The notes under the pieces: model-generated
What the model saw: the letters and a program-made list of their open reading frames with translations, nothing else
Database searches by the model: none
Told to the model about the DNA's origin: nothing
Source of the DNA: Candidatus Multivoradales bacterium
GTDB taxonomy: Bacteria > Acidobacteriota > Thermoanaerobaculia > Multivoradales > Multivoraceae
Direction: 5' to 3'
NCBI GenBank assembly: GCA_965223325.1
Contig: CBDCWI010000001.1
Span: 1 to 64,000 of the forward strand
DNA length: 64,000 nucleotides
In this document: in pieces, positions 35,689 through 44,377 of the stretch
Layout: each line of letters opens with the position of its first letter
Numbering within the stretch: the stretch's first letter is position 1
Position numbers and translations under genes: made by a program

Positions 35689-36069
35689 TTACTTCGCCCC
35701 CTTGGACTTCTTCTTCTTGGCCTTCTTCTTGACCTTCTTCTCGACCATCGCGGGCAAGATGGGCACCGACTTCAGGATTTCTTCGTCGTGCTCATCCCAA
35801 ACGCTCTTCTCGCGGAGGATGATCGTGGTCGGACTGAGTGGGTCGATGTCCCAGGACTTCGCGAACTCAGGCCAGCCAGCGAAGCCGGGCGTCGCCTCGT
35901 AGCGATCGACAAGCTCCTTTGGCACACCATCTGCCGTGCAACCTCCGGCTGCCTCGTTCTGGAGCCGAAACATCCAGTATCGAGTCGTCCGAAACTCGCG
36001 GCGGGCGTCGGGCGCAAGCAACCGCCGGCGCTCCTCGATCTCGACCTTCGTGTAGCGAAGTATCGGCAT
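35689..36069 (-). CDS. Hypothetical protein with Lys-rich tail
   Basis: TGATG coupling to the upstream gene. Confidence 0.6.
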   Translation of the reverse strand: MPILRYTKVEIEERRRLLAPDARREFRTTRYWMFRLQNEAAGGCTADGVPKELVDRYEATPGFAGWPEFAKSWDIDPLSPTTIILREKSVWDEHDEEILKSVPILPAMVEKKVKKKAKKKKSKGAK

Positions 36070-37688
36070 CAGACCGGGTTCTGGTAGACGAGCTCGTCGC
36101 CGGCGTTGATCTGGAATGTCAACCCTGTCGCGCGAGTGATGGTGAACGAGGCGACGACCCACTTGGAGTCACTGAGCCCCTGGGCGACGACCGTGACCGG
36201 CACGTCCGTCGCGGCGCTACCGCCACCCCGCTGCACGTTGCCGTCGTAGTCGTAGGTGAACGGAATCGAGGTCGCCGTCACCTGTCCTTCGATTGCTGCG
36301 GCGGCGTTGTCGTTGACGACGATTGCGTTGTCGGTGTCGAAGTCCGATCCGGCGTTCGACCCCGCGTCATCGTTGGTGAAGTACATCCGGTAGAGCGTGT
36401 CGGCGTTGGTCTCGCTGACGAGGTTGCTCGAGAAGACCAGGTTGCCGGCAGCAACGAACGGGAACACGCGCTTTGTCGACGTCGACGGCGTTCCTTCGGA
36501 GTCCAAGCCGCCACTGTCAACGGTGATGTCGAAGAACTCGATCCGGTTCTGGTCGTTGACGTCGAAATCGTCGACGTACACACCGGCGCGCGTCTGCAGG
36601 GTCTCGCCCAGAAAGTCGAGAAACGGGACTGCAATGTTGCCGTTGATGGTGCCCACGCCGTCTTGGTTTGGGCTGCCCAGGGTGTCGTCGTTGATGTCCG
36701 TCGTCCGACGCAGTTCACGACGCTCGAACTCGTAGATCTTTTCGGCTGAGCCGGAGTTGCCATCGATAATCCGGTTGAACGCGTACCACTCGGTACCGAT
36801 CTGTCGCTCGCCGGCGTAGGACTCCCAGTCCGTCACGCCGGTGTCGTCGGAGGTACCCGTGCCGCTCGAGGTGCCGCCGGCCGGCGTGAACCACCAGGTG
36901 CCGTTAGACGACCCCGACGCCTGGCGCCCAGCATCGAGCACTACCGCGCCGGCCGGATAGACCGTCGAGTTCGCCCAGGTGGTAAACCCTGAGCCGTCGA
37001 GGTAGTTGATCGTCATCCCCGTATAGGGGGTGTTCGCGTCGATGTTCGCGTCCGTCTCGACGATCTTCGGGTCGGTCGAGTTCGACAGCGGCAGACGATA
37101 GGCCTGGTAGGTCAGGACCGAGAGATCCTGGTCAACAAGCAAGTTGCCCTCGCTGATCGTCTTCCCTTGCTCGCGAAGATAGACCTTCAGAAAGTCTCGG
37201 TTGTCCGTGGCCGAACCATCGAAGATCTCAATGGCTTCGTTGAGCTCACCCGTCTTGTCAAAGTCGGTGGTCGACGCCGAGAATCCCGAAACCTGCTGGT
37301 AGTAGGCCTGGTCCGTCGACGAGTTGTCGAAGCCACCGAGAGAGATGATGACTGCGTACTCGGCGCCGGAGGTGTCCTCGCGCCAGCCACCATCTCGAAG
37401 CAGATCGCGGGTCTGGGCGTCCGCAGGCTCCCAGTCGTTGACGACGTTGAACTTCGCCTCGAAGATCGGGTCGATCGGGAAACGGTGCTTGTTCAGCGCC
37501 GTGTCGGTCAGCCACTCCTCCTTGCAGAACGAATAGAACGCCTGAAACGCAACGCCCGACGTTTGTCCGGGCGCGTTGTCGTCCAGGTTGCCGGCAACGA
37601 GCAGCTGGAACGTCTTGGGCGACCCGGTCGTGGTGAACACGACTTCGGTCGCTTGGTTGAGCTGATCTGGGTCGACGATCTTGGCCAT
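36069..37688 (-). CDS. Virion structural protein (539 aa, acidic, beta-rich)
   Basis: AAGGA RBS; head operon; W-rich CBM-like insert; ends YQNPV. Confidence 0.75.
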   Translation of the reverse strand: MAKIVDPDQLNQATEVVFTTTGSPKTFQLLVAGNLDDNAPGQTSGVAFQAFYSFCKEEWLTDTALNKHRFPIDPIFEAKFNVVNDWEPADAQTRDLLRDGGWREDTSGAEYAVIISLGGFDNSSTDQAYYQQVSGFSASTTDFDKTGELNEAIEIFDGSATDNRDFLKVYLREQGKTISEGNLLVDQDLSVLTYQAYRLPLSNSTDPKIVETDANIDANTPYTGMTINYLDGSGFTTWANSTVYPAGAVVLDAGRQASGSSNGTWWFTPAGGTSSGTGTSDDTGVTDWESYAGERQIGTEWYAFNRIIDGNSGSAEKIYEFERRELRRTTDINDDTLGSPNQDGVGTINGNIAVPFLDFLGETLQTRAGVYVDDFDVNDQNRIEFFDITVDSGGLDSEGTPSTSTKRVFPFVAAGNLVFSSNLVSETNADTLYRMYFTNDDAGSNAGSDFDTDNAIVVNDNAAAAIEGQVTATSIPFTYDYDGNVQRGGGSAATDVPVTVVAQGLSDSKWVVASFTITRATGLTFQINAGDELVYQNPV

Positions 37689-37709
37689 ATCGGTGAGTCC
37701 TTCGGGGCT

Positions 37710-39266
37710 TTAGGTTGGGTTCTCAAAAACGAGGTCGTCGGCTTGGGTTATCGGGAGCTCGCGATCGGCTGCCGTCAAAGTGTCGGCGTACTCGACGGCG
37801 CGCTTGTCCAGGTCGAGGATCATCACGTCGACCGCGGTGTCGGTCGTGTGGTTGTAGGTGTAGGTGTAGACCCCCGCCGTGGGGTTGCCCTGGGAAAGAA
37901 CCGTTCGGTCGCTGGTCTTGGCGATCGTGATCTGGCTGCCCGCGTCGAGCCCGGTCAACTTGTAGGTCGTGGGGTTGTTGACCGTGGTCGTCGACGTGGT
38001 GATGTTCTCGACCGTCGGCGTCGCACCACCGCCCAGGACGTCAATCGTCACCGCGCCCCCGCTGTCGTTGCGGACGTCTTTGGTGTTGCCGCTGTAGCTG
38101 TGCCCCGTGAACTCGTCCGTTCCGCCGGTTGGCACCGTGTCGATGAGGATGCCTTTAGCGTTGTTGATCCAACTGCAGTCCTCAACGTCGGCCGAATCGC
38201 TCCAAAGGACCGCCCCGGTTGTCGACGTTGACGAGATGAAGAAGGACTCGCGAAAAGACGCGCTGCCGGGATCGATCTGGCCACAACTGTCGAACGTCGT
38301 GCTCAAGATCTCGCAGGCAGAGTCTCCGAAGGTCGGATCGCCGGCGCCCTTGACGAGGCAGCCATACAACTCAAAGGAATCGAGGTCGGTGTCGCTGGCG
38401 TCAAAGACGTATGCGAGACCGGCCGAGAGGAAAATGGCCCCGTCGACGCCGACAGATCCGACTTTTGTCCCGAAGGTGATGTCCGTGGCGTTGATGACCG
38501 TCCGGTCGGCCTTCAGGCCGATCTTCGACGCAGTCAGCGCACTTACAACCGACGTACCGTTGTGGTATTGCGGGTCTTCGAAGACGAGAACACAACCCTC
38601 GTCACTAACGTCCGTCGCGGAGGTACCGCCAAGGATGATGAGCGCCTTGCTGTAGGTGATTCCGCCCTCGTCCCGAAAGATCCCCCATCCGTTCGTGTCA
38701 TCTGCGGCAATCAGGTCAGCACAGAGCGACGTGCTCGTTCCGGTGACCACCACGTCATCCCAGCGATGAATCGCGTCGACGTAGGTGTTCGGGTCGCCGC
38801 CGCCTACACTCGCGGTCATGTCGAAGATCACCCCGAAGTAGCGGGCCGTCGTCATCGAGAGCCCCGTACCTCCGGTCGCCGACGCGGTCTTACTCACGTC
38901 GATCACGAACTTCACCCAGCCGCCACCGTAGGTGTCGTTTCCTGCGACATACCACTCGGCATAGTTCGCAGTTCCGCTCGCGGACGCGATGCGAATCCGA
39001 ATTCCTCCGTTCGCGAGGGTGTCCAGGGAGCCCACGCCGCCGGTCACGTTCACCCACACGCCGACCATCTGGCCGGTGATGTCGATACCCGAGCTGTTGT
39101 CAAACAGGTACCCCTTGACGCCGTTGCTCACCTTGCGAGCGCGAGAGTTGGAGCCCTGTCGGACAACGTCCGTGTTGAACGACGAACCACCACCGCCACC
39201 GACGTCGACCCAGGTGCCGGTTTCGGCGGTGGTGATGGTGGTTACTCCTGTGACTGTGATTGCCAC
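37710..39266 (-). CDS. Virion structural protein with jelly-roll and beta-helix segments
   Basis: T/S/G-rich; YGGGWVKFVID; beta-helix repeats; ends VFENPT. Confidence 0.75.
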   Translation of the reverse strand: MAITVTGVTTITTAETGTWVDVGGGGGSSFNTDVVRQGSNSRARKVSNGVKGYLFDNSSGIDITGQMVGVWVNVTGGVGSLDTLANGGIRIRIASASGTANYAEWYVAGNDTYGGGWVKFVIDVSKTASATGGTGLSMTTARYFGVIFDMTASVGGGDPNTYVDAIHRWDDVVVTGTSTSLCADLIAADDTNGWGIFRDEGGITYSKALIILGGTSATDVSDEGCVLVFEDPQYHNGTSVVSALTASKIGLKADRTVINATDITFGTKVGSVGVDGAIFLSAGLAYVFDASDTDLDSFELYGCLVKGAGDPTFGDSACEILSTTFDSCGQIDPGSASFRESFFISSTSTTGAVLWSDSADVEDCSWINNAKGILIDTVPTGGTDEFTGHSYSGNTKDVRNDSGGAVTIDVLGGGATPTVENITTSTTTVNNPTTYKLTGLDAGSQITIAKTSDRTVLSQGNPTAGVYTYTYNHTTDTAVDVMILDLDKRAVEYADTLTAADRELPITQADDLVFENPT

Positions 39267-39272
39267 AGACGC

Positions 39273-39503
39273 CTACCCCTTCTTGCTTGCTGCCTTCTTC
39301 GTCGTCGACTTGACGGGCGGGGCGCCGGCGCTCGACGCGCCCTTGCCCATGACCTTCGCCCGGTCTTCTTCGGACTGGAACTCAACGCGGCCCGCTTCGG
39401 CCTTCGCCTTACACTCGGCCGCCGCGAAAGTGGCCAGGTCGCCACGCTTATAGGAACCATCGACCCCCGCGTAGTTGGTCAACATGCGCACGGTTACTTC
39501 CAT
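39273..39503 (-). CDS. Small head accessory protein
   Basis: VRML..YAG..GSYKRGD..F...E pattern typical of genes after the MCP. Confidence 0.6.
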   Translation of the reverse strand: MEVTVRMLTNYAGVDGSYKRGDLATFAAAECKAKAEAGRVEFQSEEDRAKVMGKGASSAGAPPVKSTTKKAASKKG

Positions 39504-39506
39504 GGT

Positions 39507-39947
39507 CTAGGCCGTCCCAACCGCGGGCGACACATGAATCGCGCTAGCGATGACTCCTGGACCGGCTCCAGAGATGTCACCCGGCTCGATTCGCTTGCCG
39601 TACCGAAACGCGAAAGCGGTCCCGAGGGTCGTCGAAACGGCTCGGTTCGTCACCAGCGTCAGATACCGCTGCATCGGCTTGTGAATCTCGATGACTACGT
39701 ACGGTTCGGAGGCAGTTGTGGTGATGAGGGTGCCTTCAAGGTCCGCGGCGTCTGCGCCATCAGACGCCTCGCCACCCTGGACCTTCACGGTGTGTCCCGC
39801 GTTACCGGTACCGAACTGGACGAGGATAAGGACGCCCTCACGGTTTGCCATGTCGAACGCGTCGCCGACCGTCTCACCGGTCGCCGCCGTTTCCGAGCTG
39901 GCAGCCTGAAGAATGTCGGCTTCGTTGCTGAGTTGCTTCGTGATCAC
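39507..39947 (-). CDS. Head decoration/spike-base-like protein
   Basis: Directly after the MCP; G..FDMA..EGV..V.FG..VQ......ADL.G..RYL; AAGGAG RBS. Confidence 0.65.
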   Translation of the reverse strand: MITKQLSNEADILQAASSETAATGETVGDAFDMANREGVLILVQFGTGNAGHTVKVQGGEASDGADAADLEGTLITTTASEPYVVIEIHKPMQRYLTLVTNRAVSTTLGTAFAFRYGKRIEPGDISGAGPGVIASAIHVSPAVGTA

Positions 39948-39962
39948 TGGGTTTGTCTCCTT

Positions 39963-41333
39963 TTATGCCGCGATCTTGAGGCGAGCGAAGGGCTCTTCGA
40001 GGATCGGCATGCCGTCGTTCTTCCCGCGGAAGAGGAGGGCGACCTGGTTGATTTCGGCGTAGAGCTCGGAGAGGCGCAGGACCTCCATGTCGAGCGACTC
40101 GGCGACCCAGTAGTAGGAGAAGTCGCCAAGAAGGCCGGTGTAGTTGCCGGCAGTGCTGAAGTCGCTCGGGAAACGCTCGTGCACATGCACGGGCAGACCG
40201 AGAAGCCGGTCCGGCTCGCCTACTCGAACGTCGCGCTGCCAGATGTATTGACCGTCGCCGTCCTTGATCTTCGAGATCTCCTTCTCGCCGTCGAGCGGGA
40301 AGAACCACCTAGCGTTGTTCCAGTAGCGGAAAACGCTGTACTTGGCATTCTTGAGCTCGTCGAAGGAGTAGGCGGCGCCGGCGGCCGAACCGCACGTGAC
40401 GTCGCGTGCCGTGGAAATCCCGTCAGTCGACGGAGTGAACAAGCCCAGGGGCTCCTGGCTGCCGTTGCCGGCGATCCACTCGTCTTCCTGCTTCTCGGCG
40501 ACGTCTCGGGTGACCTCGTCGATCGCAATGCTTTCGACGGGCATCACCGCGCGGCGAATGAGGTCGCGAGAGAGAAAAATCTCAGCAGTCCAAAAGTGCG
40601 GCGTGAGCGCCTTCAGACCGAACTTGAGACTTGTGTCCTTCGTGGGCGGGGTGATCTCGCCGCCGCGCGCGTACGTCGAAGCCTTGGCGGTGCGCCGGCG
40701 GACGCCGAGGGAATCGGCACCACGAACACGGAAGGTGCGGAAGAAGGACCGCAGCGGCAAGGCCTCGTCCAACGCCTTGAGGAGTCCACCGGTGAACTCC
40801 ATGGGCGTGTTGAGGTAGCCGCCGTCGACAGCCGAGTCTGAGACCAGGTCGGCGCGGACGCGGCCAACCAGTTCCCCGTCAGCACCAGTCGCGCCATGCT
40901 TCAAAAGCATTTCCTTCCAGAACGCGCGCCTGAACGAAGGCGTGGCCCGCAGCTGCTCGCGAACGCTCCAGGTGGCCTCGCCCAGCTCGACGTCGCCAAA
41001 CTGTTCACGCAGGAGCGTGAGGCCCTGTTCTTCAAGAGTGGCCTCTACGGCGGTAGCGGGGTCAACCAGCTCCGAGAGACGGCGTGTTCCGGCCGACTCT
41101 CGTCGGGCCTGGGCAGCGAGATCGATCTCGTTGGCTTCCTCAGCCTCGAGCTGCGCAAGCTTCTCGGCCTGGTCAATTCGCTTTTTGAGGTTCGTCGCGT
41201 CGTCGAACGCCTTGCTGTAGTTGGCGTCTTCCTCGCTGGTCATCGGCCGGCCTTCGGCCTCGGCGCGCTCGAGGATGGCGCGCGCGTCATGGACCGCCTT
41301 CGCACGGAGCTCGCGCATTTCTTGGAGGGTCAT
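39963..41333 (-). CDS. Major capsid protein (HK97 fold with delta domain)
   Basis: Coiled-coil N-terminus, DGGYL.TP, GNGS.EPLGL, KIKDGDGQYIW..LLGLPV, LLGDFS.Y. Confidence 0.95.
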   Translation of the reverse strand: MTLQEMRELRAKAVHDARAILERAEAEGRPMTSEEDANYSKAFDDATNLKKRIDQAEKLAQLEAEEANEIDLAAQARRESAGTRRLSELVDPATAVEATLEEQGLTLLREQFGDVELGEATWSVREQLRATPSFRRAFWKEMLLKHGATGADGELVGRVRADLVSDSAVDGGYLNTPMEFTGGLLKALDEALPLRSFFRTFRVRGADSLGVRRRTAKASTYARGGEITPPTKDTSLKFGLKALTPHFWTAEIFLSRDLIRRAVMPVESIAIDEVTRDVAEKQEDEWIAGNGSQEPLGLFTPSTDGISTARDVTCGSAAGAAYSFDELKNAKYSVFRYWNNARWFFPLDGEKEISKIKDGDGQYIWQRDVRVGEPDRLLGLPVHVHERFPSDFSTAGNYTGLLGDFSYYWVAESLDMEVLRLSELYAEINQVALLFRGKNDGMPILEEPFARLKIAA

Positions 41334-41562
41334 CGTCAAAGCCCCTTTCCACTGGTTCGGTATGTACCGGTGGGTCAGGGATTTGAAGATCAGAAACGAC
41401 AAAGCGCCGCCCACCGATCGAATTGCTTCGATCCGGTGAGGCGGCGCCTATCGACGGATGCGGCTTGCCTACACCCCGTCAGCGCTGGACTGCTGAGCCT
41501 TCGGGCTCGACTCCTACGCGGAGCACAGCGCGCTGCGGTTCGCTGTTAAATCAATCTACGAA

Positions 41563-42453
41563 CTACGACGCGACCATGTCAAGTTCATGGCGTCGAAGCT
41601 CTGTTCGCGCCCGCGCGATGCTGCGCGTCGGTACGGCCATCAAGTCGCGCAGCGTGTCGTCGAACGACTGGATTTCGTCGATCAAGCCGAGTGCAAGCGC
41701 CTCGCGAGCGCTGAACATCTGGCCGGTGTTCATCTCGCGTACCTGCGCATCGGAAAGGCCACGACCCTCGGCCACGGCACGCACGAAGAAGTTGTTGTGA
41801 TGGTCAACCTCGCGCTGCACCTCGACGAGCTGCTCTTCAGAGACCGGTGCGCCGTCAGCGTGGCCCTTGACGCCGCCGCTCGAGACCACATGAACCTTGA
41901 CCCCCTCGAGCTCCGCAGCGGCAGAGGTATCGGTAACGACAGCGTAGGCGCCAATCGATCCGATTCTCGCCGGCGCATTCGCCGTCACGCGGGACGCGCC
42001 CGCCATCGCAAAGACGGCGGCAGACGCGGAGAGGTCGTCAACGTGCGCATGAACCGGCTTCGAGCGTGCCGCGGCGCGGACGTCCTCAAAAAGCTGGTGC
42101 GTGCCGGCCGCCTGGCCGCCTGGCGAGTCAACCAGGAGCAGAATCGACCGCACGTCCTCGTCTCGAACCGCCTGGCGAAGCGCTCGTCGTGCCTCGAGGG
42201 TCGACGTGCCGAACTTCGTCTGCCCTTTCATGAGAGCACCTTGCAGTGCGACCACCGCGACCCCTCCTGGCCCCGCGTCGTACTTCCTGTCGCCTTCCCG
42301 AGTCGCCGCCGCCTGCTGGGGCTCGGGCCGCCAGGTGCCGGCCTGGAGCTGCGCGAGGGCGCTCTCGAGGGCTCGTGGCTCCACCATCCAGAGGCCCAGG
42401 TGAGCCGCAAGGCAAGCCGGATTGTGCGTAAGGTCTATGTCGTCATGCTGCAT
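41563..42453 (-). CDS. Prohead protease, S49 (SppA/gpC-like)
   Basis: LLVDSPGG, SASAA, IGSIG, F..AVAEGRG, A...GLIDEI. Confidence 0.9.
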   Translation of the reverse strand: MQHDDIDLTHNPACLAAHLGLWMVEPRALESALAQLQAGTWRPEPQQAAATREGDRKYDAGPGGVAVVALQGALMKGQTKFGTSTLEARRALRQAVRDEDVRSILLLVDSPGGQAAGTHQLFEDVRAAARSKPVHAHVDDLSASAAVFAMAGASRVTANAPARIGSIGAYAVVTDTSAAAELEGVKVHVVSSGGVKGHADGAPVSEEQLVEVQREVDHHNNFFVRAVAEGRGLSDAQVREMNTGQMFSAREALALGLIDEIQSFDDTLRDLMAVPTRSIARARTELRRHELDMVAS

Positions 42454-44143
42454 CGGCCGAGTCTCCGAGTGTGATGATCCCGCGGCTGTACTCTGCGGGG
42501 CGGGTAGATAGCCACTCGTCGAGCAGCTCCGTAAGACGTTCTGCAGGGGCGTCGGCTTCGACAACAGCAACCAGGTTGCGTTCCGAGTACGCGCACCACG
42601 CACCGGCGAGGTCCTCGGCGTCGCAGGGCACGGCCATCAGCGACGACCAGGCCTCGCACAGCGGGTCCAGGAAGAGCGCTAGGACGCCGCGGTGTTCGGC
42701 GTAGAAGGTTCGGGCCCAGTCCGCAAGGGTGCCGCTTGCCAGCGCTCGAGGGGCACCCTTCTCGATTGCGCGCGTCTCTCGTCGGATCGCCCGAGCAAAC
42801 ACGTCCGCAAACAGGACCTCGAATGCACCGGCGGCTGACGCGCGGTCTAGGCCACTTCTGACCGGCTGAGCCGCATCTGCGGGATCGGGTGGCGGTTCCT
42901 CTTCCGATCCTGCGCTGTCGCCGAGGTTGAGGGGCGTACGGTACACGTCGCCGCCCTCGATCGGATTCAGGTCCTCGATCTTGCGGACTTCGTTCTGGCT
43001 GAGAAAACCGTTCTGGAGGCCGATGGCGTGCGCGCCGTAGCGCGTCTGTGTGTTGCCGCGCAGCAGGGCGTCGACGTTGTGGCGCACAAAGTAGCGCCGG
43101 CGCTCTGAGGCCCTGAAGAGCTTCCTCTCGAGCTCTTGCTCGATCTTTACGAGTCGAGGACGAAGGAAGTACTTCAGGAAACCTCGGTCCTGCTCCTCGA
43201 TGTTGGAAAAAGTAGCCCGCTCGAGGTCCATCAGCAGGTGAGGTGGAACGCCGAAGTACCGCGCAATCTCACCGACCTGGAAGCGCCGGGTCTCGAGGAA
43301 CTGCGCCTCCTCTGCGGTGTACCCCATCTTCACGAACTCCATGCCCTCCTCGAGCACGGCGAGCCGATGGCGACCGTCTCCGCCGTGAACAGCGTCCATC
43401 TGCGCGCGGATGCGCTTGCCGGCTGCAGCCGGGTCCTTGAAGCGGCCTGGGTGCTTCAGGTAGCCCGTGGGGGTCTGGTAGTTGCCGAAGAACAGCGATC
43501 CGTGGCGCTCGGTGGCCATCGCCATCCCGATCGCCTCTCGAGCAAGATCGACCAGGCCCTGCCCGACGATGCCGTCGAGCGAAAGCGTGTTCGGAAAATG
43601 GAGGACGTCCTCGGCCCGCAGCTTGACCCGCTTCTTGCCCTCCTGCTCTCGAGTCACCTCGTAGACAAGTCGGCGTTTACGGACCCCTACGCGCCGCACA
43701 GACACTCGAGACGGCGGGTGTATGGGCCAAATCCACGCCGGCCTCCCTGCTTTGTCGCGCTCGATCTCGGCGAAATGGTTGCCCCACAGCAACTGGTGTG
43801 CGATCAACTGCGATCGCCACGAGCTCGCCGTCTGCTCGGGATTCGGCTCGACGGCCAGTAGCTCGCGGACCAGGTGGCGCTCGGCTATCTCCCGGCTGTC
43901 GTCGGCACCACGGCGAAACGTCTGGAGCGGTAGCGTCGAAGATACGTCGGCGATCAATCGAACCGCCGCGAAGACCGTCGACGCGCGCAGGGCGCCCGTC
44001 GTGCCGACCTCGATGCCGGAGCTCGTGCTCGGTGAGTCGACGAGCCAGCCGGGCAGATTGCTGTCTGACGGGTGGTAGGAGCCTGGTGTCGTTCTCGAGA
44101 GGGAGACGGCGCTGGCGCCGCCAAACAAGCCTGGAAGTATCAA
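42443..44143 (-). CDS. Portal protein (HK97 family) with C-terminal extension
   Basis: LLWGNHFA, EDVLHF, QFLETRRFQ..EIARYFGVPPHLL, ATFSNIEEQ, NEVR..EDLNPIEGGD. Confidence 0.95.
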   Translation of the reverse strand: MILPGLFGGASAVSLSRTTPGSYHPSDSNLPGWLVDSPSTSSGIEVGTTGALRASTVFAAVRLIADVSSTLPLQTFRRGADDSREIAERHLVRELLAVEPNPEQTASSWRSQLIAHQLLWGNHFAEIERDKAGRPAWIWPIHPPSRVSVRRVGVRKRRLVYEVTREQEGKKRVKLRAEDVLHFPNTLSLDGIVGQGLVDLAREAIGMAMATERHGSLFFGNYQTPTGYLKHPGRFKDPAAAGKRIRAQMDAVHGGDGRHRLAVLEEGMEFVKMGYTAEEAQFLETRRFQVGEIARYFGVPPHLLMDLERATFSNIEEQDRGFLKYFLRPRLVKIEQELERKLFRASERRRYFVRHNVDALLRGNTQTRYGAHAIGLQNGFLSQNEVRKIEDLNPIEGGDVYRTPLNLGDSAGSEEEPPPDPADAAQPVRSGLDRASAAGAFEVLFADVFARAIRRETRAIEKGAPRALASGTLADWARTFYAEHRGVLALFLDPLCEAWSSLMAVPCDAEDLAGAWCAYSERNLVAVVEADAPAERLTELLDEWLSTRPAEYSRGIITLGDSADAA

Positions 44144-44322
44144 CCTTCGGTGTCTCCGTCGCTTTGCAACCTCGGGCGCCAGGGGTCGACGAAGTAGTCG
44201 ACAAACAGCAACAGGCCCGCAAGGGCGAGACCGTAGTACCCGGTTTCAGCGCCCGCCACCAACACCACCAGAGCAACAACGCCTTGGGTCTCGGGACGGG
44301 CAATGGTTTTCAAAGGCGACAC
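44140..44322 (-). CDS. Small membrane protein between terL and portal
   Basis: AGGAG RBS; 2 hydrophobic segments; usual position in HK97-like phages. Confidence 0.6.
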   Translation of the reverse strand: MSPLKTIARPETQGVVALVVLVAGAETGYYGLALAGLLLFVDYFVDPWRPRLQSDGDTEG

Positions 44323-44377
44323 CGACTCCTGCTCTCATTTGTCAATATACGAGATAACGTAGGGGTCAATGCAACTG

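Noticed and set aside
38562-40841. 759-aa plus-strand ORF (also 21679-22755, 22993-24684 and 37167-38231)
   Set aside because: Antisense shadows of well-supported GC-rich structural genes, with no motifs.
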